In this document: positions 36,385 through 49,165 of the stretch, piece after piece
Position numbering within the stretch: position 1 is the stretch's first letter
How the letters are laid out: each line of letters starts with the position of its first letter
Origin: Lama guanicoe
Lineage: Eukaryota
Direction of reading: 5' to 3'
Length of the DNA stretch: 64,000 bases
Assembly: GCA_013239625.1 (NCBI GenBank)
Contig: MU057073.1
Location: 3,266,022 to 3,330,021 of the forward strand
Notes under the pieces: generated by a model
Seen by the model: only the letters and a program-made list of their open reading frames with translations
Told to the model about the DNA's origin: nothing
Databases searched by the model: none
Made by a program: the position numbers and the translations under genes

Positions 36385-36790
36385 CAGCAATTCATGAAGT
36401 GTCGATCAAGGCTGTGGATTGGATAATAGAACTGTATCAGAGTCCATTTTTAAATTTTAACATTTGTCTTGTGGGTATGGAAAATAACCCCTTGTCCTTG
36501 GGCCACACGCACTGTGTAGTCAGGGGGTCAGGATACCCCCAGCTTCCCCACAAGCAGTTCACGTATACCTGCACATGTGTTATATGTTATGTATGTTCCT
36601 GTATCTTTATACATATGTGCATGCGTAGAAGCACACATAGAAGCATGTGTGTGTGTGCATATTCACGCATACAGGGAAGGAAAAGAAGGGGAAAAGCAAG
36701 AATAATCAAGCAGACACAATAAAATGTGAATGATCCATGAATCTAACTGAAGCCTATATGGGAGTCCCTGGTACTAGACCCTCAAATTTA
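36385..36790 (+). mobile_element. L1MC4/5-like 3'UTR fragment
   Basis: GGATTGGATAATAGAACTGTATCA...TGAATCTAACTGAAGCCTATATGGGAGT, with an internal RY-alternating tract. Confidence 0.65.
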
Positions 36791-36799
36791 CATCAGCAT

Positions 36800-37765
36800 T
36801 TAAAAGCTACCGAAAAAGACAATGTTAAACAAAATGAAAAGGACAGCCACAAACAGGGAGGAAATATTTCCAATACGTGTATCTGGAAATGGACATGTAT
36901 CTAGAATACAGTAACAGCTTCTACAATTCAATAATAAAAAGAAAAGACGTTTAAATGAGCAAAAGATTTGAGTAGACTCTTCACGAAAGAAGGTATTCAG
37001 ATTACCAATTAGCACCTGAAAAGCATTCATCAGGAAAATACAAAGTAAAACCACAGCAAGATGCCCCCGTACAGCCTACAGAGCGACAAACAGGAGCAAG
37101 CCCGACCGATGGAATCAACCCACTGTGAGGGCGTGGAGCCTGGACCTCTCCTTTCATTTCTGTAGGAGAGCAAAGTGGTCAAGCCACTTTGGAAGATTGC
37201 TTGGCAGTTTTTATAGTTAACCACGCAGCTTCCCTATGACTTAGCAATTCCTGATTGGGGTGTTTACCCAAGAGAAGTGAAAACATGTATGTCCACAGCA
37301 GGATTTCTACACAAATGTTCATAGCTGCAAATTATTCCATAATAGAGCCGAAGAGGAAGCAACCCAAATGCTCGCCAGCAGGACAGCTGGACGTGGTGGA
37401 TAATCCGGTGACACGCCACTCGGCAATCACAGGAAAGCTACACGACTGCACGAAGGACCCTCAAGATGGTTCGCCGAGCGAGCAGAATCAGAGGCAAACA
37501 CATAATTGGGTGTAGTCCTGGGACGTTCTAGAGCAGGGAAAGCCAGCCTTGGGTGACAGGAATCAGAAGAGCGACTGCCTCTGGAGAGGAGTGTTTTGGC
37601 TGGAAAAGAACGAGAGAACTGTTCCAGGCTGACAGAAGTGTTCTGTGCTGGTGTGCGTGTTAATCACACGGGTATGTGCATTTTTACAACTCGTCCGGCT
37701 ATTCGCTTGAGATCTGTGTTACGGCATGTAAATTGTACTTCAGCGTTAAAAACTTTAAGAAAAAG
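36800..37765 (+). mobile_element. L1ME-like ORF2 end and 3'UTR
   Basis: AATGAAAAGGACAGCCACAAACAGGGAGGAAATATTT...CCCTATGACTTAGCAATTCC...AAGCAACCCAAATG...GTAAATTGTACTTCA. Confidence 0.85.
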
Positions 37766-37785
37766 GGACCAGAATAAAATGTTAG

Positions 37786-37971
37786 TTAAATTAAATAGAA
37801 TTTTATATTTATATTATATATAAACATATATTCATGTATATAATAACTTATATAATTTATATATTATATTACTACAATTAATTATATATTATTAATATAG
37901 TAATACATTTATAAATTATTTGTGTATAATATAATATATATATAATATAACAAGTCGTACATTAAATTAAA
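37786..37971. repeat. Very AT-rich low-complexity patch bounded by TTAAATTAAA direct repeats
   Basis: Irregular TA/TAA/TATTA units; TTAAATTAAA at 37786-37795 and 37962-37971. Confidence 0.9.
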
Positions 37972-39389
37972 CTAAGGGTCCGGGTCTTGCTGGCTTAGGA
38001 CGGCCCTCCCACAGGAACCCTGAGGATGACAGGTCCTCCCGGACCCGGAAGCTGAGCTGGCCCTCCTGCCGTGGGCAGTAAGCCCAGCCGGAGGGCTTTT
38101 CTGCTGTCCCGTCTCCCTGCACACCCCCCACAGGCCACACCCAAGATGAAGACGCCCAGGGGTGCTTCTTATTTGCTGTCTCGCGTCTTCTTCCAGCTTC
38201 CCCGTGGAATACGGGGCAAAGCTCGTGACCCCAAACTTCTCTGACCCCTTCGTCTGCCCCAATGGGAGGGGCTGTTCACCCTAAGCTGAGGTCAGACAAC
38301 ACCCTATCGTGCAGAGCAGGGTGGTCCCCGTGACAGTCAGCCCTGGGCCGGCCCGAGACGGTCTGCAGGCCTCCCGGAGCGGGGTGGGAGGAGCACGTGC
38401 CCCGCACACGGGCCCACCCGGGCGGCCGTCAGGCTGTGAAGAGCTGGCTCGACAGAAGTGGACATCAGGTCTGCATTTGGGGTGACAAGGACAACAGGAG
38501 GCCCCGGAGAGGACTTGAGGGAGGGCCCACGGGGCCCCGGGAGGTCACTGGTGCCCTCCACACCCAACAAGGCCAGCTGAGGGGCTGGGAGCCCCGGGAG
38601 GCTGCTCTGGGCCTTGGAGGCCTGGCTGTGGGAGCCCGTGATTGGATTAACAAATTGTAACAGACCCCAGCCACCTGTCTCCTTTAAGAAGAATAAATGT
38701 GCTTAGTGACTACTCTGCAAGCAGGCGCCTGTGAGTCCGTCCATCCGTCTGCACGCACTCCGGTCTCCTTGCCGTAAAAAGCAGAGACAATGCCTTGCTT
38801 GCATAGTTGAGGTTCTAGGTAGCACTCTGCTCATTGCAAAGCAACGACCCAGGCCCTCGGCTGTGAACACTGGGCGTGCCTGCTGTTACATAGTCTCCCA
38901 TCCCCAAACAAGGAGCTGGCTGGTCGGGTGGTCTGCGCTGACATATCTGTAAGGATGTGCCTTGTCCCCTTTCCCCATGACTCCCCTAAAGGTAAACGTA
39001 TCCTCTGTACTCATCGTGACTTCTACAATCTCGATCCTGTCTTCCCCTAAGTGCCTGCATCCCGTCACACAGCTGTCCATGATTTCTCCTTTGACTGCAC
39101 ACAGTAAACATGGGGGCATATGAGAGGCTCGTGGGGATGGCTCCCGACTCCCTCTCGCTCTCTTGACCTTTTTCAGAGTCTTGAGTAATTCAGTTCATCT
39201 CAGTGGGACTTCCGCCGGCCAGAACCCATACCTGGCTGCATCAGAGGGCTGCTGAGATTGCTCTGGACGTGTCATCAGGGTGAGCTGGCCAGCGACCGAG
39301 TGTGAGATGGACCTAGGGGGAGAGGAGCTGGGGGAGAGGCTCAGGAGGCAGAGGAGGGGGAGTGAAGGCAGCGGTCGGGCCCTTGACGC

Positions 39390-39510
39390 AGTGTGGGACT
39401 GGCCTTGCTGTGTGGCCACAGGTAAGTCACCGCCCTTCTCTGGACCTCAGTTTCTCCATCTTTGAAATGAGGAAGACTAAGCAGATGGTATGTAAGGTGC
39501 CCTGTGGCCT
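39390..39510 (+). mobile_element. MIR SINE
   Basis: TTGCTGTGTGGCCACAGGTAAGTCAC...CTCTGGACCTCAGTTTCTCCATCTTTGAAATGAGG. Confidence 0.8.
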
Positions 39511-41235
39511 GAGAAAAAAAGAAAAGAAAAGCAAGCCCACGATTGCCCACGCGAATTACCAGAGAGACAGACTTGACTTAATCGGAGGAAGGACGTTCCC
39601 GTATTCATAGCGTCTCTCTATGAGATGGGCTGTGGGAGAAGCCGGGCCCCCCACGACTGCTGGCGATGAGGTTGCCTAGAGGCTGGAGGAGGTTCTAGTC
39701 TTGGGCCAGGCCCGTAGGCCCCCGGGTGCCCAGGACACCTGCCCGCCAGGCCTGGTGTGACCCTGAGAAGCACTGGGAGATCTCTCTCTGGGGACCCAGC
39801 CCTGGGAGACGAGTTCTTCACCTCCTGTGGGGCGTCTGCACTTGGCGTCCTGGCACCAGGCCTGAGGTTCCCCATCTTTCCCCAGTGGGGGTGCCCAGGC
39901 CGGTCTGAGCCCAGCTCCTGAGGCCATGCTCTCAGGGCAGCATCTTCACAAGGGACCACAACATCTCCCGGCTTTGGGCACCCACCCCACCGAGACCCAG
40001 TGGTCTTTCCCCACAACAGCAGACCCTGGATTGGGAGCCTCGAGTCCCAGGGTCACTTAAGGCCAAAAGGACTTGGCCCTGCTTGCTGGCCCTGGCGCCA
40101 AGCTATCAAAAATAGCCGCACTGCCGTCGGAGTTTTGAAACACATGAGCGCGTGCCCGGGAGCTGGTGCGGAGAGCGGGGACACGGGAGGGAGAGGAGTG
40201 CCGCCCGTGTTCCACCTGGCTTTCAAAAAAAGAGGCTTGTTTTCTCTGGGGCTGGCAAAGCTGGCAGGTATGTCTGCGGAGGGGCCGTGGCCCCAGAGGA
40301 ACTGACTTGCTGTCTCTCTGAAAGCCCCCCTCCCTGGCCGTCCTGCCAGCCGGCCACCCATCCGTCCCACGGCCCGCAGCTTGGAGCGCGGGGAAGGGTC
40401 CCCAGGGGAGGGGCCAAGCGAGGGCTGCACAGGCTTGGGCTTGTCCCGACTCGTCCGTGATTTATGCCTCATGAGATGAGAAGCAAGGTGCCCGCTCAGA
40501 GGGTGGGAGGCGAGGGAGGATGGAGGCAGCTACAGATGGAGAAGGAGATGGGAAAGCAGAGACCCCGAGTGGGAGCAGAGACGGTCGCTTGCCCCTCGGC
40601 CTCGGGGAGCCCGGGGCTGAGTCCAGGTGGGCCCCGTGGGTGCCCAGGCGCGTCCCCACCACACTCACTTGCAGTGGAGCCTCGCGCTGCCCCGGGCTCC
40701 CTTTCATGACTCATCTCGCCTTTCAGCTCCAATCTGGCCTCCACTCCCTCCGAATCCCTTGCCAAGGACTCAGAGGAGACAGCTGGCCACTCCAGAGGTC
40801 CCCCCACGGTCTGAGATAGAAGGTGTCATGGGGGTGTCATCCTGGTCCCCACCGCCCTCCTCACACCAGCTCTTCTCCACCCTGGGGCGCAGCAGCCCAT
40901 TTCTCCCCAGGGAGACTGGTGAGGGCTCGGAAGGTCAGGAGCAATCAGGAGTCCAAGGTGTGCCTCGTGTGGCTTCCCTGTGCACCACGGCCAAGCAGTC
41001 CCCACTCTGAGTGTCGGTCACCTTTCCTGTCCGCAGTGCTTGTATCTGACGGCCGAGTCAGAGCCCAGGGCTCACGGGTCTTGGTCCTTCTGTCCACTGG
41101 GGGAGGCCATGTCAGACCCCGGGGAGCGGCCCTCAGAGCAGAGGTGGGACCATGAGCGGGAAGGCTGGGGGCACTGCTGATACTCCAAGCTTTCCAGTCA
41201 GGTCTCCTCGATTAAATGCCCCACATTATCTCCTT

Positions 41236-41301
41236 GAAGAAGAAAGAAAGAGGGAGAGAAAGCGAGAGGGAGAAAGAGAAAGAAGGAGAGAAGGAAGAAA
41301 G
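41236..41301. repeat. GA-rich polypurine tract
   Basis: GAAGAAGAAAGAAAGAGGGAGAGAAAG... Confidence 0.85.
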
Positions 41302-41324
41302 CCAGTCAGGGCTCTCTTTGGTGC

Positions 41325-41425
41325 AAAGATTATTTCCATTTTACAGGTGGGAAAATTGAGGCTCAGGGAGGCGATGAAAAACTCTCCAAGGATTCTGAAC
41401 TGGTTCTGGTGCAAGGGGTTTAACC
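41325..41425 (-). mobile_element. MIR fragment
   Basis: TTATTTCCATTTTACAGGTGGGAAAATTGAGGCTCAGGGAGG. Confidence 0.85.
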
Positions 41426-42139
41426 CTAGGGGTGTCTCTCCATCTGGAAAAGGTATGAAGGCGCAGATGCCAGGCCGGAGACGCTGGTCTTGGGATGTCC
41501 AGCCAGAAGACATCTGAGCCAGTGCCCCCTCACCCCGGGGAGACCCCAGATGGAAGGGAAGGGTGTTGTCGCCACCTGCACTGTGGGTGTGCGGCAGGGC
41601 CAGGCCTGGAACCTGGGCGCCCTGCTCTGCTCTGCACAGCCTGTCCATGCGGGAATGGCCACGTCGATCCAATCCTGTGTCTCTGTCCTCTGCAGAGGCC
41701 CTTCCGGGCTTGGAGCTCCCGCACCCAGTCCTTGCCCTCCCCCGCGGGACCGGAGGAGGAATCTGGCTTCCTTGGATGGGTTCCCCCTTTCCCCGCCTTC
41801 TCCTGTTCTTAATCTCTCTTCCTTCCTCCATCTGCAAGTAGCCCCAGGCCCTACTCTGGGCCCGTGGATGAAGAGTGCAGGGAACACAGGAAAAAGCCCC
41901 CAGGGGCTTCCTGGCCGTTGAGGAAGGACCAATAGACAGGTGGTCGCAGATATGGGGGGATGTGTCCCCTGCAATGCTGACCAGGGAGCGTAGACTCGGC
42001 TGCGGAAGGGCGGTGTCCGTCAGAGGAAAGCAGCAGGTGGTTGCAGGCACCGGAGGCAGTGGGTGCAGGCAGGACTGGCTGTGCTCTGGGCTGGCTCACC
42101 TCGAACCCATGATGTTAAACAGGCCTCCTCCTTGGGGCA

Positions 42140-42340
42140 GGCCACTCCTGCAGGGCCTGGAATGGCAGGCCAGATGTCCAGAGGGCCACGGGCTTTGGGA
42201 AAGGGTTATGAGAGAGCGCTCTGGCTGAATGTGCAAAGGGTGAATCAGAGGTAGCCAGAGGCTGGAGGCAGGGAGGCCAGGGAGGAGGCTGTTACAATGA
42301 CCAGGAGACACCTGGGGCAGTGCTTGGAGAGGTGTCGATA
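42140..42340 (-). mobile_element. L2 fragment
   Basis: GGCTGGAGGCAGGGAGGCCAGGGAGGAGGCTGTTACAATGACCAGG. Confidence 0.65.
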
Positions 42341-42584
42341 AGACTGAAAGGAACACATGCCATCTCCGAAATGCTGCAGACCCCATGGTAGTGTCATGGG
42401 AAGATGGTGTTTCTCAGCCACGTGCCCAGAGAGCACCCCACAGCCTCCTCATCTCCCCCCCAGCAGGCTCAGTGCCATCCCCACTGAGGTGCGGCTCCCC
42501 CTGCAATCTCTGCTCTCTCTGGAGCTTGACCAAGGGGTTGGGCCTAGGGTGAGACGTGTGGTTTAGCCATGGCTTGCTGCTAAG

Positions 42585-42958
42585 ACTACAGATCTGATTA
42601 ACCTAAGGATCTTGAAATGGGGAGATGCCCCTTGGTTACCCTGCTGACCTCTAAATGCAATCTTAAGCATCTTTGTGAAAGGAAGACTCGAGACAGCAGA
42701 AGGCGGCACTGGGACCACTGAAGTGAGAGGCTATGGGGCTGGCTTTGACCATGGAGGGAGGGGTGTGAGCCCAGAAGCGCAGCTCAAGAAACCGGGGGAG
42801 GCCAGGAGACAGTCTCCCTGAGAGCCTCCAGCCTGCACACCGCTGGTTGTGGTCCAGGGAAACCACTCCGGACATCTGGCCCCCAGAACCATAAAAGAAT
42901 ATGTCTCTGCTGTTCTAAGTTGTCAGATTGGTTGCAATTTGTCACAGCCGCCCTGGCT
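42585..42958 (+). mobile_element. MaLR LTR (MLT1C/D-like)
   Basis: AAGGATCTTGAAATGGGGAGAT...CTAAATGCAATC...TCTCCCTGAGAGCCTCCAG...GCAATTTGTCACAGC. Confidence 0.82.
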
Positions 42959-43399
42959 TTGTGGTCAGCAGGCAGTGCAGGACCGTGATCCCTGAAAGAA
43001 ACAAATGACCAGGTGAACCGCTCTCTGCTTAGAACCATCTTCAGGTCTGGCCTTCGGTGTAAGGGAGAGGATGTCAAAAAGGAGACGGGGGTCTTAGGGA
43101 GATGGGGGGCCAGAATCACAGCTCGGGGCCCCTGAGGCGGCTGGAAGTGGCAGCATTGCTTAAGAGAGAAGGGCTCTTTGTAGAAAAGGAGCCCCAGGAA
43201 TCTGAAGAAGGGTCGCTTTGGGTCTCTGAAAGCTAGCTGCTCAGCTGTGTATGTGCAGGAGAGGCTCCGTGAGGCTGGGCGGGGACGGGCTCTGAGCAGC
43301 TGTGGGCTGGACAGTTCCCCGAGGTCACAGAGCACTGGGAGATGTTCGCACTTCTGAACATCTGAACGTCTGGCCAGAGTGGAGACACTGGAAAGGCCA

Positions 43400-45540
43400 C
43401 ACTTTAAAAGAAGGACTAAATCAGCCCGAGAGAAAGACTGTGCAGTTTTTAAAAGAACAGGCTGATCCACAAGAAAATAAATTACCCACTGGAAGCAAAC
43501 TCAACATCTGAAATGAAGAAGCTGACAAAACCAGACATTCAGTAAAACAGTACAATGATGTTCAGGGTTTTTTCAAAAAGACTCATAAAACCCTTTATAA
43601 AAATAGACCCCCACATACAGAATTAGTAAACAAAACATTTGAAAATGATTGGGAACAAGATCCTGAGTTTAAGAAAAAATATGCACATGACGAGGAAGGA
43701 GAGCTAGAGGGGCAAGTGTCAAAAGAGAAAAGAAGACTCTTCAGAAAAGAATAAAATGGGAATTCTAGAACTGAAAACCACACGGATCTGACCTGAGAGA
43801 GAGAGCGGGTGGGCGTAACAGCATGTTTGTTGTCTGTAGCTAGCATCACACTCAACTATGAACAGGATCGAACGTTTTCCCTCTAAAATTGAGAACAAAG
43901 CAAAGACAGCCACCCTCCCTGTTTCTATTCAGCTGGAGGTCCTATCTCCTGCAGAAAGACAGTAAGATAGAGCAGGTATACAGGTTAAGGGAAAACATAA
44001 AAGTGTGTATTTGCAGACAACATATTTTTCTATGTCGAGAATCCCAAAGAATCTACAACCAAGCTCCTAGAACTAGGTGAATCCACTAAGGTTGCAGGCT
44101 ATGAGGTCAATATACAAAAAGCAATAGTGTTTCTGTATACTAGTGGATGGAAAATGAGAAAATTTTAAAACAGCATCGTTAACAGTATCATCTAAAAGTA
44201 CAGTACTTAGTCAAATCAACCCAACAAAACATGTGCAAGATCTGCATGTAAAAACTCCAAAACACTGACGGAAAAAAATGACCAACACAAATGGAATGAT
44301 ATCCATTGATTAGAAGACCAATTAACGTTAAGACTTCAAATCTCCCCCAATTGATCTTTAAGTCTCCAAAGTATATTTTGTAGATATTCATCAGCTTATT
44401 CTGATATTTATATGGAAAGGGAAAGAAACTGAAAGAGCCAAAATAGTTTTGCAAAAGAAGAACAAAGCTGGACGACTTACACTACCTGATCTCCAGATTG
44501 ATTATAAACCACAGTAGTGAAGGCAGCGTGGCACTGGTGAAAGGGCGGACTTCGAGGTCAGTGAGAAAGCGTAGAGATTCTAGAAATAATACATGATACA
44601 GGTGTGAAGGCAGTTTAGCGGAGAAAGAACTGTCTTTTCAACAAAGGTGATGGAATAATTGGACATTTAAACGCAAGTAGTGAACCTGGCCTCATACTAT
44701 ATGCCCTGCATGAAAACTAACTCAGAATGAATCCTAGACCTAAATGCAAATCCTAAAGCTATAAAACTTTTAGAAGAAAATATAAGAGAAAATCTTTAAG
44801 GCCTTTCTTGAGTTAGTCAAAGATTTCTCATATGTGACACCAAAAGCACAATTCATAAAAGAATAAAATTAATAGATTGGCCTGATTCAAGATTAATAAT
44901 TCTATCTTTGGAAGGCAGATATTAATATTTTTAAAAGAAGCCACAGATAGGAGAAAATATTTGATGGACACATTTCCAATAAATGACTTGTATCCCAAAG
45001 ATACATAAAGACTCTCAAAACTCAAAGAAACAGTTTTTAATGTGCAAAACATTTGAGCAGGTGCACTTCACCAGAGAAGACATATGATGGCCATGAAGCA
45101 CAGGGAAAGCTGCTGAGCATCACTGAGCCCTGGGGAGATGCAGTTTAAAATCATAGCCTGACGCCACTGTGCACTTCTAAGTAGAATGGAGACAAATTTT
45201 AAAAGGGAAAAAAAAACACCCATAACACTGTGATGCTGGAAAAGGTGTGAAATGGAACCCTCCTGTTTGCTGATTGGAATGCAAAATGTTACAACCACTT
45301 TGAAAAACAGTTTGATCGTTTCTTCCAACTTTAAACATATGCTTACCACACAACCTGGCAACCCAGCTTCCAGGTGCTTATCCAGGGGAGATTAAAATAT
45401 ATGGTTACCCCAAAACCTGCATGTAAGAGTTTGTGGTTCACAGTCACCAAAAACTGGAGACAGCTTAAGTACTGCTCAACCAGTGACTGCAGAAGCAAAC
45501 TGAGATACGTCCATGAGATGGGCTGTTACGTAAAACCAGA
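43400..45540 (+). mobile_element. Old L1 fragments (ORF1-like piece, then deleted ORF2; L1MC/ME-like)
   Basis: TTTGCAGACAACATATTTTTC (FADN, RT motif) ~44010; GGTTGCAGGCTATGAGGTCAATATAC; CAACCACTTTGAAAAACAGTTTG. Confidence 0.85.
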
Positions 45541-45589
45541 AGCAGACAATGAAGAAATGAAGAAATGCGTTGAAGCTCAAAAGCCCGTG

Positions 45590-48500
45590 CGAACAGTGAT
45601 CGCTCTGGGAACTCCGTGTGCCCTGCCTCGAAAGCAACAAGAACTGCTGCAAAACGATAGCACCCAGCCCCTGCGGAACGCTGAAAATTAGCCACAGGCA
45701 GAGAACAAACTGAAAAGCATCTATTTAAGAAAAATGACTGAACCTCATTAACAGTCGCGAGTCTGTGGCATTTTAAATTGGGGGCTGTTCCCACACATGC
45801 TCCCCCCGCCCTCCCCTGCCCCCCAGCTCAGGGGTGCTGTTGAAAGGCTCACTCCCAGGGCACACTCAGTAGTTTGACTTCGAACTAGAATTTTCAGGAA
45901 AATCTCTATTCCCAGGTGTCATTTCTCTTTGATTTGAATCTGAGAGGAAAGCCCTATGCCCACGGTGTTACTGGAACAAGAGAGGAATCCGCTGGTAACG
46001 TCGCAGTTGCCCGAGGCTGTAATTTCAGCTGGGGCAAAGGGGAGTCTGGCCAAAGCTTTAAAAGGAAGACCTGGGGAGGCAGAAAACCAAAGGGAACTTT
46101 GAAGCGCTCTCGCGTGCCCCTGCGGCTCTAAAGGGCGGCATGAAAGCACAGGGCTATACGCACACCCAGGAAAGATGTGGAAAAGACGCAGACCCGGCCA
46201 CTCTCTTCTGGCTGTCTCTGAGGCCCCGCGCAAGCGGGAAGTAGAAACCAGGGACACCGTTTAAGCCACCTGAAGCTTGAAGGTGTGCTGTCACTCACAG
46301 ATGACCTTGACCAAGCGCAGAAGACGTATGGTCAGGGCAGTTAAGGAAATCTCCTGATCAACCGCTGGCTGAGTTGGACGTTGCACCGACACAGGGCTGA
46401 ACCCTCGGGGGCCAGGCTTTAAAATATAAACAAGAACTTAAAAAAAAAAAAAAACAGAAAAAGTAAGCAGAGAACTCAGTGCCTGCACACCACAGGGAAT
46501 ACAGACTCAGCCCAAGAAAGCCACTAAACCAGTAAGAAGCACAAAGAAAAACACAAACAAACAAACACACTCAAGAAACCCCAGCAACACCACCAGCCCC
46601 TCGAGGGCGAGGAGCTGATGACAGAATTGTTACAAATTGTTATTGAAAATTTCCAGTTTTCAACAAAAAATTATGACACAGGCAATGAAAGGGGAGAACA
46701 TCGCCCATACGCAGGGACAAAAAGCAGCTAATGGAAAACATCCCTGAGGCGCCCCAGATGTTGGACAGACAATTTAAATCAGTTAGTATAAATATGTTCA
46801 AAGAACTTTAAAAACTATGTTTAAAGAATTAGATTAAAGGAAAAATAAAAGAGAGAAAAGAACCAAGTAGAAATTCTGCAGTTCAAAAGTACAGTATCTG
46901 AAGTGAAAACCACTAGAGAAACTCAACAACAAATTTGAATTCACAAAGGAAAGAATCATGAACCAAACAACTTTAAAAGAATTAATACCAGTTCTTCACA
47001 AACTCTTTCAAAAAGTAGAAGAGGAGAAAACACTTCCCAAATCATTCTATGAAGCCAGCATTACCCTGACGCCAAAACCAGAAAAAGACGTCACAAGAAA
47101 AGAAAACTACAGATCAATATTCCTCATGAATACACATGAAAAGTCCACAACAAAATACTGACAAGCCAAATCCAGCAACATGTGAGAAAAATGCACAGCA
47201 TGACCGGGGGGATGTAACCCAGGGACGCCAAGTTGATTTCCCACACAGATATCGATTAATATAATTCACGGCAATAGAATAAAAAAACACACACACTGTC
47301 ATCTCAGTATGTGCAGAAAAAAGTATATGACAAAATCCAGCAGCCGTCCTGATGCAAACACTCAACAAAAATGCAACAGAGGAAAGCTTCCTCAAACTGA
47401 CAAAGGGCGTCTGTAAAAGACCCACAGCTAACATTACGCTTGATGCTGAAATCCTGGGTGCCTTTCTCAAGAGATCTGGACCAAAGCAAGAACGACTCTT
47501 CTCGTCTTTCTTGTTCAGCATTGTGCTGGAGGTATGGCAATTAACAAAGAAATGAAAGGGATATTAGCTAGGAAGAAGTAAAACTATATTTGCAGCAGAC
47601 ATGATCCTGTATAGAGAAAACTCTAAGGAATGCACTTAAAAAACATTAGAACCTATAAACTAGTTCAGCAAGATTGCAGCACACAAGATCTACCTACCTA
47701 CCTACTTACCTATCTGTCTATCTGTCTGTCTATCTATCTATCTATCTATAAATTGATATATATATATATCAATATATAAAAAATCAACTGCATTTCTATA
47801 CACTTGCAATAAACCATCCAAAAATGAAATTAAGGAAATAAATCCATTTACAATAGCATCAAAAAGAATGAACTACTTAGGAATAAATATACCAAGAAAA
47901 GTGCAAAACGTTGTTGAAAGAAATTAAGGCAGCTCTAAATAAATTTTCAAAAATCCTGTGTTCATGGATTGGAGGACTTATATTGTTAAGATGCCTATAC
48001 TCCCCAGATTGGTCTGTGAGTGCAACAACAGTACATGTCCAGATCCCAGCCGGCTTCTTCATAAAAACGGACAAGCTGAATCTAAAATTCACATATAATT
48101 CAAGGGACTCAGAATACCAAATAGGCAAAACAATCTTTTAAAAGAAGAACAAAGTAGGAAGACTCACACTTCTTGATTTCAAAACTTACTACAAAGCAAC
48201 AATAATCATTACAGTATGGTTCTGGACTGAGGATACATGTATAGATTAATGGAATTCATTTGAAAGTCCAGAAATAAACCAGTGTGTTTGTGGTAAACTT
48301 ACTTCTGACAAGAGTGCCAATTTCATCCAACAGGGAAAGAATAGTCTTTTTAACAAATGGTGTGGAGACAACGTGAGAGCCACTTGCAGAAGAATGAAGT
48401 TGGACTCTTACCTCACACCATATGCAAAAGGTCACTCAAAATCGATCAAACGCCTAAATGTCAGCACTAAAACTATAAAACTCCAAAAGAAAATATAAGG

Positions 48501-49065
48501 GTAAATCTTCATGACCTTCACTTTGGCAATGGATTATTAGATATGATACCAAAAGCAAGACCCATAAAAGAAACATATATATATATCAGATTTCATCAAA
48601 ATGAAAGTCTTTTATGCTTCAGTGGGAAAAACATTTGTAAATCACATACCTGCTGAGCACTTGAAATAGCCAAAAGGTGGAAATAACCCAAATGTCCATC
48701 AGGAAATAACTGAATGAACACAATGTGGTATAGCAGTATGATGGAATGTTATTTGACCACACAAAGAAATGAGACACTGCCCACCCACTGTAGGATTCCA
48801 TATATATGAAACGTCCACAATAGGACAATTCATAAAGACAGAAAATAGATGAGTGATTGCACAGACCTGGGTTTGGGGGGAGTGGAGGAAGTGATGGAGA
48901 GTAAGAGGAGCATAGCTAAAGAATACAGGGTTTCTTTTTGAGATGACGAAAGTTGACTGTGGAGCTGGTTGCACTTATCTATGAATATATTTAAGGCCAC
49001 TGAACATTTTAAATGGATAAATTTTGTGCTATGCAGATCATCTCTCAACAGAACTATTTTTAGAA
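45590..49065 (+). mobile_element. L1MB-like element: 5'UTR/ORF1 start fused to mid-ORF2 through 3' end
   Basis: ORF1 start ~46640-46955, then [38 protein letters not shown] (ORF2). 3'UTR GAATACAGGGTTTCTTTTTGAGATGA..., ending ~49065. Confidence 0.88.
47689..47775. repeat. Compound microsatellite (CTAC)n(CTGT)n(CTAT)n(TA)n inside L1
   Basis: Directly visible tetranucleotide units. Confidence 0.95.
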
Positions 49066-49074
49066 AGAAGAGGG

Positions 49075-49165
49075 GTGTGATAAGTTGTGTGGAATGTTTC
49101 TGAGATGAAAATTAAAATAATAATGTTGACCCTTGGATGTGACAGCCTGGAGGTCACTGATAGAA
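49075..49165 (-). mobile_element. L2 fragment
   Basis: TTGACCCTTGGATGTGACAGCCTGGAGGTCACTGA. Confidence 0.55.

Noticed and set aside
37950-37972. Mitochondrial D-loop NUMT (TCGTACATTAAATT resembles ETAS sequence)
   Set aside because: Only ~14 nt in very AT-rich DNA, with no further D-loop similarity.
41226-43470. 274-aa and 228-aa minus-strand ORFs
   Set aside because: They run through MIR, a GA tract and MLT1; no protein family recognised.
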